Assembly: GCA_017450215.1 (NCBI GenBank)
Contig: JAFSVH010000057.1
Span: 11,154-75,153 of the forward strand
From: Bacilli bacterium
GTDB lineage: Bacteria > Bacillota_I > Bacilli_A > ML615J-28 > CAG-698
DNA length: 64,000 bases
Direction: 5' to 3'
This document shows, piece by piece, positions 10,195-19,602 of the stretch. The notes beneath the pieces are model-generated. The model was not told the DNA's origin and made no database searches. It was given only the letters and a program-made list of their open reading frames with translations. The stretch's first letter is position 1, and each line of letters begins with the position of its first letter. A program made the translations under genes and the position numbers.

Positions 10195-11114
10195 AGATTA
10201 TTCCTCCTTCTTTCTCTCTTTTTCTTGATAGATTTAGAAACTTGAGGAACATAAACTGATAAAACGATAATAAGTGCAGTAATTATCTTAATATCTATTG
10301 GGTTAATTCCATCGATAAGAAGTGCTAACATAAAGATAATTTGATAGATGATAGCACCTAATACAACGATTATGAATATTTTACCTAATTTCATTTGCTT
10401 TTTATGTTTGAATATTGCTTCACCAATAATAATAGCAGCTAGTCCAATTACCATCATTCCTACTCCATATTGAGAATCATAATTAGATAAATGTTGGACA
10501 TAGAGAGCTCCACCAAAAGCAACTAAGGCATTTGCTAGAGCAAATGAAATAATCTTCATCGTGTCTGTATTGATAGAAGATGCTCTTACCATTGCTTCGT
10601 TATCACCAGTTGCTCTAATAGCCATTCCTAGATTTGTTTTAAAGAAGTAGTTAATTATTAAAATTATACAAACAAGTATTCCAATTATTAATAATAACGA
10701 AAATACTTCTTTTAAATTAGTTCCTAAAAATTCAATTTGCTTTAAGGATGATAAAAAACTAAAGATAGTTTTATTATTATATAAAGTAATTGATGATTTT
10801 CTTCCAGTAATCCAGAAATTGACTGAATATAAAGCAGTCATAGTTAGAATACCTGCAAGAACTACTTGAATTTTTAATTTTGTATGTAAAATTCCAGTTA
10901 TAATTCCAGCAATAGCTCCAGCAAATAAAGATATTAATAATCCTAATATTGGTAAATTATGTAAACATAGAATAGCACTGATTGATGCTCCTAAAGTAAA
11001 GGAGCCATCAACAGTTAAATCAGGTGTGTCAAGAATCTTGAATGAAATGAACACACCTAATGACATTAGTCCAAAGACTAAGCCTATTTGTAAGCAAGTC
11101 ATTATAAGTGACAT
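10188..11114 (-). CDS. ABC transporter permease (TrpY-like, BPD_transp_2 type)
   Basis: Polytopic membrane protein that overlaps the ATPase gene by 7 nt. Confidence 0.75.
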   Translation of the reverse strand: MSLIMTCLQIGLVFGLMSLGVFISFKILDTPDLTVDGSFTLGASISAILCLHNLPILGLLISLFAGAIAGIITGILHTKLKIQVVLAGILTMTALYSVNFWITGRKSSITLYNNKTIFSFLSSLKQIEFLGTNLKEVFSLLLIIGILVCIILIINYFFKTNLGMAIRATGDNEAMVRASSINTDTMKIISFALANALVAFGGALYVQHLSNYDSQYGVGMMVIGLAAIIIGEAIFKHKKQMKLGKIFIIVVLGAIIYQIIFMLALLIDGINPIDIKIITALIIVLSVYVPQVSKSIKKKRERRRNNLC

Positions 11115-11185
11115 GTTTTCCTCCTAATATAATTTATAATTATATTTATAATTTATAATTATATTTGATTTTATTTTTGATATTT

Positions 11186-12166
11186 TTATCTAAAATAAAC
11201 TGTTTCTCCATCTTTATATTCAGGTAGTGTATATTCGATTGCAGCAAGTGTTGTTTCATTAACATATAATTTTAAACCAGTATCGAATACTTTATAAGGA
11301 ATATCACTAGCTTTCTCACCGTTTAAGATTCTAGCAGCCATATTTCCAGTTTCTTTTCCTAATGATTCATAATTAATACCGATTGTAGCCAAACCACCAT
11401 CATTAACTTCAGAATCAACACCACAGAATACCGGGATTTTCTTTTCTTTACCAACATTGGCAAGAACAGACATTGCTGAAGCTACTGTGTTATCATCAGT
11501 AATGAAGATTGCATCTACATCTGTAGCCAATGCTTCAGCTGTTAATTGAAGTTCACTTGATTTAGAAATAGTTTTAGTCTTAAGCTCAATAGTACTATCT
11601 TTTAAATATTCTTGAATCTTACCAAGATTAGTAACTGAATTAGCTTCAGAAGGATTATAAATGAAGCCTAATTTATTTAATGGTTTTTCATTTGTTTGCA
11701 TTACTTCTTTAATATAATCAAGAATTAATGATACTTGGATAGCATCACTTGTACCAGTGATGTTAGTACCACTACTTAATATATCAGTTGGATCACTTAC
11801 TGCTGAGAAAACTACTGGAATTTTATCGCTGTATTTAACTGCTTCAACTGCAGTTGGAGTAGCGATAGCAATGATTACATCAGCTTTTTTGTTTTTTAGT
11901 GTTGCCATGATTGTAGCTATTGTGGAAGCATCGGCATTACCATTTTCTAAGATAATCTTACAATTCTTGCCATCTTCATAGCCTTGTTGCTTAAGTTCAG
12001 CAATACAAGCATCTCTAATTGTATCTAATGAGTCATGAGTTACATATTGTACAATTCCTATAACAGGTCCATTTATGCTATCACAAGCAGTTAATGTAAA
12101 TACAAATGATAACATTAATGCAAATAAACATACGATTGATAATAATTTTTTAATACTTTTTTTCAT
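11186..12166 (-). CDS. ABC transporter substrate-binding lipoprotein (ABC_sub_bind / TrpX-like)
   Basis: Lipobox LTACDS, and the size and pattern of COG2984-type binding proteins (GIVQYVTHDSLD ... IAIATP). Confidence 0.75.
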   Translation of the reverse strand: MKKSIKKLLSIVCLFALMLSFVFTLTACDSINGPVIGIVQYVTHDSLDTIRDACIAELKQQGYEDGKNCKIILENGNADASTIATIMATLKNKKADVIIAIATPTAVEAVKYSDKIPVVFSAVSDPTDILSSGTNITGTSDAIQVSLILDYIKEVMQTNEKPLNKLGFIYNPSEANSVTNLGKIQEYLKDSTIELKTKTISKSSELQLTAEALATDVDAIFITDDNTVASAMSVLANVGKEKKIPVFCGVDSEVNDGGLATIGINYESLGKETGNMAARILNGEKASDIPYKVFDTGLKLYVNETTLAAIEYTLPEYKDGETVYFR

Positions 12167-12330
12167 TGTTTTTCTCCTTTTATTGTATTATTCTTTCTTT
12201 CTTCATAATTTTTAATTTGTTTAATCATAATTTGTTTATTCTTAAATATAAATAAAGTTCATGTAGGTCTCATTTTCATAATTAGCCTCCTATGTTTCTT
12301 ATAATAATTAATTTTATAAATTTATTTAAT

Positions 12331-12632
12331 AAAAAAACGCACTAATCCTTAAAACATAAGGACAAGTGCGAATAATATTCACCTGCGGTACCACCTTAAT
12401 TGATAAAAAATAATTTTATCCACTTCATTCTAAATGCAATCACATTTATTCCTCTATAACGGGAGTACCCGTCAAGTCCTACTAAAACAATTGTTTTTTA
12501 TAAAAATTGTTTTTTCAGCTTGCCCTCAAAGGCCCATTTACTAATCCGCTTGTTATTTGCATCGCACCATCGCAAATTCTCTTAAAACGCGCTATAAGTT
12601 TTACTTCCTTATCGATAGTTTTAAATAATACT
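12331..12632 (-). promoter_or_regulatory. T-box riboswitch leader, possibly Trp-specific, with an intrinsic terminator
   Basis: The reverse complement of 12380..12401 reads AATTAAGGTGGTACCGCAGGTG, matching the T-box consensus AAUUAGGGUGGNACCGCG. Immediately 3' on the minus strand lies a terminator, CGCACUUGUCCUU-loop-AAGGAUUAGUGCG plus U7 (plus-strand coordinates 12331..12370). The candidate specifier region is AGUAAAUGGGCC, containing a UGG codon. The leader is about 300 nt long. Confidence 0.7.
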
Positions 12633-12638
12633 ACATAG

Positions 12639-12667
12639 ATTATACCAAACCTAAAACTATCCTTCAA
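12639..12667 (-). promoter_or_regulatory. Sigma-A type promoter for the T-box leader
   Basis: On the minus strand, TTGAAG, a 17-nt spacer, then TATAAT. Confidence 0.5.
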
Positions 12668-12816
12668 TAATATTAAATAAAATTTCTCCAATGAAAACAA
12701 TTTCATTGAAGAACTAATTAATAAATTCATTCAAATAATATTACAAGAAGGTTTAATTATTGAAAAATAGAAGAGTAAATATTATAATAATTGAGTATTT
12801 TTTTTGGAGAATATAG

Positions 12817-13431
12817 ATGATAACTTTATATTTAATTAGACATTTAAAAACTGAAGGCTTTGTAAAAAAATATTATTATGGAGCTAGTGATATTGATATT
12901 ATAGATTATAATGAATATGGTTTAAATCATGAATTAGAAGAAATTAAAAGTATCTATAGAAATAAATATAATATTAATCAAGAAACAAAAAATAATTATT
13001 TATTCTATTCAACTGGAATGAAAAGATGTAATCATACATTAAATATATTATTTGATTGTTTTAATTATAAAATAATAAATGAGCTTCATGAAATAGATTT
13101 TGGCATTTTTGAATTGAAAAGTTTTGATGAACTGAAGAATATGAAAGAATTCCAAGAATGGATGAAAGGTGATAACTTTGATATTGCACCTTTAAATGGT
13201 GAAAGTGAAAAAGTATTTAGAAATAGAATTATTACTGCTTTTAAGGCGTTTTTAAAGGATATGAGTGATAATTCTAACGTAGTCTTTTCTATGCATGGCG
13301 GAACTATATACGAAATAATGAATTATCTTTTTTTGGATGAAGGAAAGAAAATAGAAGAGTGGATTCCTGATTTTGGTAAAGGCTATGTACTTTATATTGA
13401 TGAAGACATAAAATATGAAAACATTCAATAG
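12817..13431 (+). CDS. Histidine phosphatase family protein (phosphoglycerate mutase-like / CobC-like)
   Basis: LYLIRH near the N-terminus and a second catalytic His in FSMHGGTIYEI. Confidence 0.55.
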   Translation: MITLYLIRHLKTEGFVKKYYYGASDIDIIDYNEYGLNHELEEIKSIYRNKYNINQETKNNYLFYSTGMKRCNHTLNILFDCFNYKIINELHEIDFGIFELKSFDELKNMKEFQEWMKGDNFDIAPLNGESEKVFRNRIITAFKAFLKDMSDNSNVVFSMHGGTIYEIMNYLFLDEGKKIEEWIPDFGKGYVLYIDEDIKYENIQ

Positions 13432-13440
13432 GTGAAGGTA

Positions 13441-14049
13441 ATGGAAGATAAAAACTATGAATTAAAAAAGAGACGTAAAATAATAAAAGATATTGCTTTT
13501 ATTCCTCTTTTTACATCAATTATAATAATATGTTCATGGATTACAGTTCCTTTTACAGTCCCATTTACTCTTCAAACATTTGCTATTTTTTTATCTCTTT
13601 TAATTTTAGGAGGTAAAAGAGGAATAATAGCTATTGTTTTATATGTATTATTAGGTTTGATTGGTTTACCTGTATTTTCTGGCTTTAAAGGGGGCTTAGC
13701 TAGTTTAATTGGTCCTACTGGTGGTTTTCTTATTGGTTTTGTTTTTATGGGAGTTGTTTATTTTATTTTTGAATTAACAATATTAAATAAAAGAAAAAAT
13801 AATAACAAATTAAATGATTTATACAAATACAATTTGTTATATAATGTAATAACATTATTAGTTGGATTATTTGTATGTTATACATTAGGAACGTTGTGGT
13901 TTAGTTATGTCTCTGATGCTTTTACAATTTCTGGATTTATATCTAAATTAATGGTTGCAGTTTTACCATTTATCATTCCAGATCTTTTAAAACTTGGTAT
14001 AGCCATGTTTATATATGTGAAAATAAAAAAAATAAATACTAAGAGATAA
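13441..14049 (+). CDS. bioY: BioY-family biotin transporter (ECF S component)
   Basis: Conserved BioY motif GPTGGFLIGF and the 5-6 TM pattern. A GGTGAAGG RBS precedes the ATG at 13441; the ORF track starts at a GTG at 13432. Confidence 0.75.
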   Translation: MEDKNYELKKRRKIIKDIAFIPLFTSIIIICSWITVPFTVPFTLQTFAIFLSLLILGGKRGIIAIVLYVLLGLIGLPVFSGFKGGLASLIGPTGGFLIGFVFMGVVYFIFELTILNKRKNNNKLNDLYKYNLLYNVITLLVGLFVCYTLGTLWFSYVSDAFTISGFISKLMVAVLPFIIPDLLKLGIAMFIYVKIKKINTKR

Positions 14050-14084
14050 GAATACATAATACAAAATAAATATTTAAATTTTGA

Positions 14085-14122
14085 GATTCTAGTGGCTAAA
14101 ATTGCGCTAGAATCTATTTTTA
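14085..14122 (+). terminator. Rho-independent terminator after bioY
   Basis: GATTCTAG-loop-CTAGAATC followed by a T-run. Confidence 0.5.
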
Positions 14123-14440
14123 TATTATAAATTAATAAATATGAAAATAAAGATTGATTTATGTTTTTCATAATATTTTATAAATTTTTTTAATAAATGG
14201 GTATTTTATGGATAAGAAATGATAATTATAAAAAATTATAAAATTAGAAATGATGGGACTAAAATGTCGTTTAAAGCAATTATAAAAAAAAATAATAAAA
14301 AAAAGTGTGGAAAAAAAAGGAAAAATGATATAAAATCTATACGATGCATTATTGTCGGGGATTTTAACTTGTTTTTATAAATTATTTAAGTATTATAAAA
14401 AACCCGTAATAGATAAATATTTTAAGAGGGAGGTAATCAG

Positions 14441-16672
14441 ATGTTCAAGTTGTACTGCTGTGGAAGTCGTGGAAGTAGACCTGTTGAAGGTAGACGTTTT
14501 AACGAATTCGGTGGATTTACAAGTTGTTATATTTTAAAAACAGATGATTATGCTTTAATAATTGACTGTGGAACAGGATTTTATGAAGCAAATGCAATTG
14601 TTTGTGATTGCTCTAAAATTGATATTGTTCTAACACATGTTCATTATGACCATATTTTAGGTATGCTAGATTGGACAGCAATTCCTAAGACATCAATTGT
14701 TAATTTCTATGCTAACTTTGATGAGTGGTTTGGCGATAAAACTATGAAGGAATTCTTTAGGAAGCCTTTCTGGCCAGTTCAACCAGACTTCAATATTCAT
14801 CAATGTCCAAGTGATGGTGTTCCACTAACACTTAGAAATGATTTAAGTGTAGAATTTTATTCATCACCTCATCCTAATGGTGCTAAATTATTAATGATTC
14901 GTCAAAAAGAATTAAGCGATAAGAATAGTAAATTTGTGAAAGAAAATAGAGTAACAATCATGTTTGATTGCGAAAGAAGTGATGGCTTAGATGAAGAATT
15001 AATTAGAGATTGTGATCTTTTAATCTATGATGGAATGTATACTGATGAAGAATATCCATCAAAGATTGGTTATGGACATTCAACATGGGAAGAAGGCTGT
15101 CGTCTTGCTCAAAGAATTAAATGTAAAAGGTTGATTATCACTCATCATAGTCCTGACCGGGATGATGATAAATTGAGATCTTATGAAGAAAGAGCAAGAA
15201 GTGAATTTTATCCTAATACAGATTTTGCTCGTGCTGGACAAACTTGGGTTGTTGGTGGTGAAATTGTAAAACAAGAAGGTTTGATGCATAGATTTAATGA
15301 AAGAATTGAGAATCAAGCCTTACAAGGTAAAAAAGTAGCTAAAGATATTGCAAAGACTAAGTCTAAAATTAAAGATAAGTTCAAGGAAATGACTGACATC
15401 TTAATGGATGAAGGTAAAATGAGACGTTTTATGTCTCATGCTACTTACTTTTTATTATTTGTGGTTGCTGTCATAATGACTATAGTTAATTATTTTACTG
15501 GACAAAAGCCTTTGTTAATTGCAACAATATCTTTTGCGATTGGTTCACTTGCTAGTTTTATTATATCTAAATTCTTTAAGAAAACAGAAAAAGTAATAGG
15601 AATTATCTTCCAGATTGAATTTATTGCATTATTTACTTATTTTATTGTTACTGGTCATCCTGAAGGATTTAGTATTATTTGGATGTTACTTCTACCTACA
15701 ATGGGTATGGTTGTATTTGGTAAGCGTAATGCGACGATTACATCTTTTATATTATTTATTATTTTGGTATTCTTTTTCTGGATACCAGCTGGTAGAAACT
15801 TATTAAATAATCATCCATATACCGATTCCACAATGCTTCGTTTCCCACTTGCTTTTCTTGCATTTTTTGCAGTTGGTTATTTGTTAGAAACATTAAGACA
15901 TTATGGTTATATGAAGTTAGATGCTTTAAAGATTGAACTTGATAATAAAGTTGCAGATCAAATTTCTGAATTGAGAGATCAAAACTTTGAACTTGTGAAA
16001 GTTAATTCTCAATTAGATTTGAGAAATAGATTGCTTAATAATACATTTGGTAGATTTATGCCAGATAAAATTGTTGGTGAATTATTAGATAATCCTAATA
16101 CTAGTGAAATTGAAGGTAAGAAGATGACTGTTACAGCCCTTCAATGTGATATTAGAGGATTTACTCATATTTGCCAAACAATGGAGGCTTTAGACATTGT
16201 CGGTATGATTAATCATTATTTCTCTGAAATGACTGATATAATTCAAAGAAATCATGGAACTATTCTAGATTTCGTTGGTGATGCTATTTTAGTTGTATTT
16301 GGTGCTCCAATTCCATCAGATAATCAAGCTGATGATGCAATTATCACTGCAATTGAAATGCAAAAAGCGATGAGAAGAATCAATGAATGGAATATTGCTA
16401 ATTACTATCCTGAATTAGAAGTAGGTATTGGTGTACATACAGGAGAAGTGGTATTAGGTACAGTTGGATCTCAAAGACATATGAAATATGATGCAATGGG
16501 TAATGCTGTTAATATTACATCTAGAATAGAAGGTGTTGCGAATGGTGGAGAAATCTTAACTACTAAGGATACAATTGAAACATGTAAGATTCAATTTAAG
16601 ATTCTTGATGAAAGGAAAGCAACTCTTAAAGGTATTGATAAACCTGTAGAATTATATGAAATTGATTATTAA
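14441..16672 (+). CDS. Tripartite fusion: MBL-fold (class-II cNMP phosphodiesterase-like) hydrolase, 6-TM domain and class III adenylate/guanylate cyclase
   Basis: Residues 1 to about 290 carry THVHYDHILGML, which fits the class-II PDE/MBL signature HxHLDH. About 6 TM helices follow (roughly residues 330 to 500), then a coiled-coil linker. The C-terminal part is a complete class III cyclase core with both metal Asp (CDIRGFT, DFVGDAILVVFGAP) and the Asn/Arg transition-state residues (GNAVNITSRIEG). Strong RBS (GAGGGAGG). Confidence 0.75.
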   Translation: MFKLYCCGSRGSRPVEGRRFNEFGGFTSCYILKTDDYALIIDCGTGFYEANAIVCDCSKIDIVLTHVHYDHILGMLDWTAIPKTSIVNFYANFDEWFGDKTMKEFFRKPFWPVQPDFNIHQCPSDGVPLTLRNDLSVEFYSSPHPNGAKLLMIRQKELSDKNSKFVKENRVTIMFDCERSDGLDEELIRDCDLLIYDGMYTDEEYPSKIGYGHSTWEEGCRLAQRIKCKRLIITHHSPDRDDDKLRSYEERARSEFYPNTDFARAGQTWVVGGEIVKQEGLMHRFNERIENQALQGKKVAKDIAKTKSKIKDKFKEMTDILMDEGKMRRFMSHATYFLLFVVAVIMTIVNYFTGQKPLLIATISFAIGSLASFIISKFFKKTEKVIGIIFQIEFIALFTYFIVTGHPEGFSIIWMLLLPTMGMVVFGKRNATITSFILFIILVFFFWIPAGRNLLNNHPYTDSTMLRFPLAFLAFFAVGYLLETLRHYGYMKLDALKIELDNKVADQISELRDQNFELVKVNSQLDLRNRLLNNTFGRFMPDKIVGELLDNPNTSEIEGKKMTVTALQCDIRGFTHICQTMEALDIVGMINHYFSEMTDIIQRNHGTILDFVGDAILVVFGAPIPSDNQADDAIITAIEMQKAMRRINEWNIANYYPELEVGIGVHTGEVVLGTVGSQRHMKYDAMGNAVNITSRIEGVANGGEILTTKDTIETCKIQFKILDERKATLKGIDKPVELYEIDY

Positions 16673-16736
16673 AAATATTTAAAAGACCTAGGGTATGAAT
16701 GTTGTGAACCCCATTTATTGGACATTTTAAAAAGAA

Positions 16737-17507
16737 TTATATATAACTATAGGATTGAGTTCTAAATTCAACAGGACTTAGTCCTTTTAGTTTACTCTTA
16801 ATTCTTTTGTTATTGTAATAAAAAATATAATCATGTATCTCTTGTTTTAATTCATCTAAGGATTCGAATCGGTATCCGTAAAACATTTCTGTTTTCATCC
16901 TTCCAAAGAAGTTTTCCATAACTGAATTATCTAAACTATTTCCTTTTCTTGACATACTTTGCACTATTCCGTGATCGACTAGTGATTTTTGAAAAGATGA
17001 CTGTTGATATTGCCATCCTTGATCACTATGTAATATAGGATGATCATTTATGCCCAATTTTTCGTAAGCTTGATTCATCATATTCCATATTTGACTCATC
17101 CAAGGATGCTCTGATAAATCATAAGCTATTATCTCACCATTATATAAATCTATTATTGGTGATAAATATAGTTTTGATTCACCCAATTTGAATTCAGTAA
17201 TATCTGTACACCAAACCTTATTTATTTTATCACATTTAAAATTACGTTTATAATATGTTTTGTGTTTTTCTTTATCAATAACCTGATAAATTAGTTTATT
17301 ACTGACAGTTTTACCAACTTGACCTTTATATGAATTATATTTAGAAACATTCTTAGATTTGCATTTTAAGCCCAATAATCGCATTAATTTCAATACTTTC
17401 TTGTGATTGATATGATTATTTTTATATTCTGACAATTTATTTAAAGCAACTGTTATTCTACGATAACCATATCTTCCTTTATTATCGTTAAATACTTTTT
17501 GAATCAT
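16737..17507 (-). CDS. IS3-family transposase OrfB (DDE/rve integrase domain)
   Basis: HSDQGWQYQ together with the D...D...E pattern of rve. The reading frame continues upstream to the frameshift site, so the annotated start M is probably internal. Confidence 0.8.
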   Translation of the reverse strand: MIQKVFNDNKGRYGYRRITVALNKLSEYKNNHINHKKVLKLMRLLGLKCKSKNVSKYNSYKGQVGKTVSNKLIYQVIDKEKHKTYYKRNFKCDKINKVWCTDITEFKLGESKLYLSPIIDLYNGEIIAYDLSEHPWMSQIWNMMNQAYEKLGINDHPILHSDQGWQYQQSSFQKSLVDHGIVQSMSRKGNSLDNSVMENFFGRMKTEMFYGYRFESLDELKQEIHDYIFYYNNKRIKSKLKGLSPVEFRTQSYSYI

Positions 17508-17635
17508 TTCCTTATCAAAAGTGTAATCTCGTGAATTTTGAGACTTGAAATAATAATATGTACTTCTCGGTATACCAGATAGTTTTAGTAGTTCGGTTAA
17601 TGGATACTTTGCACTTGGTTCTCGAACTACTTGAG

Positions 17636-18004
17636 CTATTTCTTTTCTTTTTGCTCTCTGGCAGATACTAAGGCACTCAATTTTTTTAAGTATTCATTCT
17701 CCATTTCTAATCGCTGACATTTGGCTATTAAATCCTCTTCAACTTTAGGATCTAAATCTTTCTTTTTTCCTTTGCATTTTAATCCTCTACCACGTCTTTC
17801 AATATAGAATCCTTCTTTACCTTGTTCAAGATAAATTCTTTCCCAAGCAGCGACTCTTTTATTATCGGGATATTGGTAATCATGTATAGTGGTATATAGA
17901 TTAAACCTTCTAGCCGTTTCCATTTGTGATAAGTTTTCTTTCAACTTGGTTTCAATAACTTTAATTTTAAATTCAGGTGAATATTTTTTGTTTTCTCTAG
18001 GCAT
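17636..18004 (-). CDS. IS3-family transposase OrfA (HTH)
   Basis: MPRENKKYSPEFKIKVIE... with a leucine-zipper-like C-terminus (LEMENEYLKKLSAL), typical of IS3 OrfA. Confidence 0.8.
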   Translation of the reverse strand: MPRENKKYSPEFKIKVIETKLKENLSQMETARRFNLYTTIHDYQYPDNKRVAAWERIYLEQGKEGFYIERRGRGLKCKGKKKDLDPKVEEDLIAKCQRLEMENEYLKKLSALVSAREQKEKK

Positions 18005-18104
18005 AAGAAAAGCACCCCTTTCTTTGTTATATTATACACCTTTTTTAGGTGTCTAACAAATGGGGTGCATTTCAGAATCCTAGGTCTTTTAAATATAATT
18101 ATTA

Positions 18105-19361
18105 TTAATCAACTAAATATGGATGTTTCTCCATTAATTTAATTACATTTTGTCTAATTTCGTTTAATTTTTCTTCATCATTATAATTTCTAAGAGCATC
18201 ATCAATAAATTTTGCAACTATCTTTACTTCATCTTCATTAAAGTCTCTAGTTGTAATTGCTGCAGTACCTAATCTTAAACCAGATGTGATTGTTGGTTTT
18301 TGAGTGTCATTTGGAATAGCATTCTTATTGCATGTGATATTTACAGAATGTAAGATATTTTCTGCTTTCTTTCCAGTTACTCCAACTGAATCAAAAATAT
18401 TAACTAATATTAAATGGTTATCAGTTCCGTTTGATACTAATTTATATCCTAATTTCTTTAATTCTTCAGCAAGTACACTACAATTCTTTACTACTTTTCT
18501 AGCATAATCTTTAAAGTCATCTGATAATGCTTCCTTGAAGCATACTGCTTTTGCAGCAATGATGTGTTCAAGTGGTCCACCTTGGCAACCAGGGAAGACA
18601 GAAGAATTGATTTTCTTTGCTAGTTCTTCATTATTTGTTAGAATCATACCACCTCTTGGACCTCTTAATGTCTTGTGAGTTGTAGTAGTTACAATATCAG
18701 CATAATCAATTGGATTAGGGTGAATTCCTGCTGCAACAAGACCAGCAATATGAGCCATATCAACTAGCAAATAACACTTTTTTGCTTTTTTGCTTGTTAC
18801 TTCATCAGCGATTTCTCTAAATTTCTTAAAATCAATGATACGTGAATAAGCAGAAGCACCGCAAACGATTAAGTCAGGCAAGTATTCTAAAGCTTTACGT
18901 TTTACATCATCATAATCAATGTAGCCTTCATCATCTAAACCATAATTGATAGCATTATAGATTTTACCTGAGAAATTAACCTTATAACCATGAGTCAAAT
19001 GACCACCAGCATCAAGAGACATACCAAGGATTGTATCACCGGGGTTTAGAACTGCATTATATGCTGCCATATTTGCTTGTGCTCCTGAATGAGGTTGAAC
19101 ATTAGCAAAATTAGCATTAAATAATTTCTTTGCTCTTTCGATTGCTATACCTTCGATTACATCGATGTTTTCACAGCCACCATAATATCTTTTTCCGCAA
19201 TATCCTTCAGCATATTTATTAGTAAGGATTGATCCTTGTGCTTCAAGAACAGCACGAGATACAAAATTCTCTGAAGCGATAAGCTCTATGTGACTTCTTT
19301 GACGTTCTAATTCATTTTCTATAGCATTACTTATTTCAATGTCAAAATCTTTTAATTTCAT
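18105..19361 (-). CDS. glyA: Serine hydroxymethyltransferase
   Basis: Full-length SHMT with ELIASENF, the PLP Lys region [14 protein letters not shown] and others. Confidence 0.95.
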   Translation of the reverse strand: MKLKDFDIEISNAIENELERQRSHIELIASENFVSRAVLEAQGSILTNKYAEGYCGKRYYGGCENIDVIEGIAIERAKKLFNANFANVQPHSGAQANMAAYNAVLNPGDTILGMSLDAGGHLTHGYKVNFSGKIYNAINYGLDDEGYIDYDDVKRKALEYLPDLIVCGASAYSRIIDFKKFREIADEVTSKKAKKCYLLVDMAHIAGLVAAGIHPNPIDYADIVTTTTHKTLRGPRGGMILTNNEELAKKINSSVFPGCQGGPLEHIIAAKAVCFKEALSDDFKDYARKVVKNCSVLAEELKKLGYKLVSNGTDNHLILVNIFDSVGVTGKKAENILHSVNITCNKNAIPNDTQKPTITSGLRLGTAAITTRDFNEDEVKIVAKFIDDALRNYNDEEKLNEIRQNVIKLMEKHPYLVD

Positions 19362-19602
19362 TTTTTTGATTCTCCTTACCTATATAAATAATTATAAATA
19401 ATTACTAAAATCATTATATCATATTATTGTTTAAAATTATAATAATTAGTAATAATCGGGAATGTTAACGTTTTATTTTAAGGTAAGACTTTGTTTTTTT
19501 AAGATAAGGGATGGTATAGAGAAAAATTACAATTGCTTTTAATTTTAATGTATGTTAAAATGAAATGCTTATAAATAAAAAAAATAAACAAGGAGACATT
19601 AA

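Larger units (their letters stand above)
16696..18074 (-). mobile_element. IS3-family insertion sequence (IS150-like group)
   Basis: OrfA and OrfB are arranged with an A6G-type slippery site for a -1 frameshift. Imperfect terminal inverted repeats TGAATGTTGTGAACCCCATTTATTGGACA and TGAAATGCACCCCATTTGTTAGACA (reverse complement), resembling IS150 ends. Confidence 0.8.

Noticed and set aside
12515-12730. 71-aa ORF on the minus strand upstream of the SBP gene
   Set aside because: It lies entirely within the T-box leader RNA between the promoter and the T-box/terminator, and has no RBS, so it is regarded as a non-coding leader.
14352-14537. 61-aa ORF overlapping the start of the cyclase-fusion gene
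   Set aside because: It is out of frame with the strongly supported ORF that starts at 14441 behind a GAGGGAGG RBS, and it has no RBS of its own.
14441-16672. The possibility that the class III cyclase gene is part of a Pycsar anti-phage system
   Set aside because: Pycsar needs a separate effector with a cNMP-binding domain fused to TM or TIR. No such gene is adjacent, since the neighbours are bioY and an IS element. Only the weaker statement that the cyclase product need not be cAMP is retained.
16692-16699. A clean 3-4 bp target-site duplication for the IS3-family element
   Set aside because: The immediate flanks read GTA on the left and GAAT on the right, which are not identical. The exact IS termini therefore cannot be fixed by eye and no target-site duplication is claimed.
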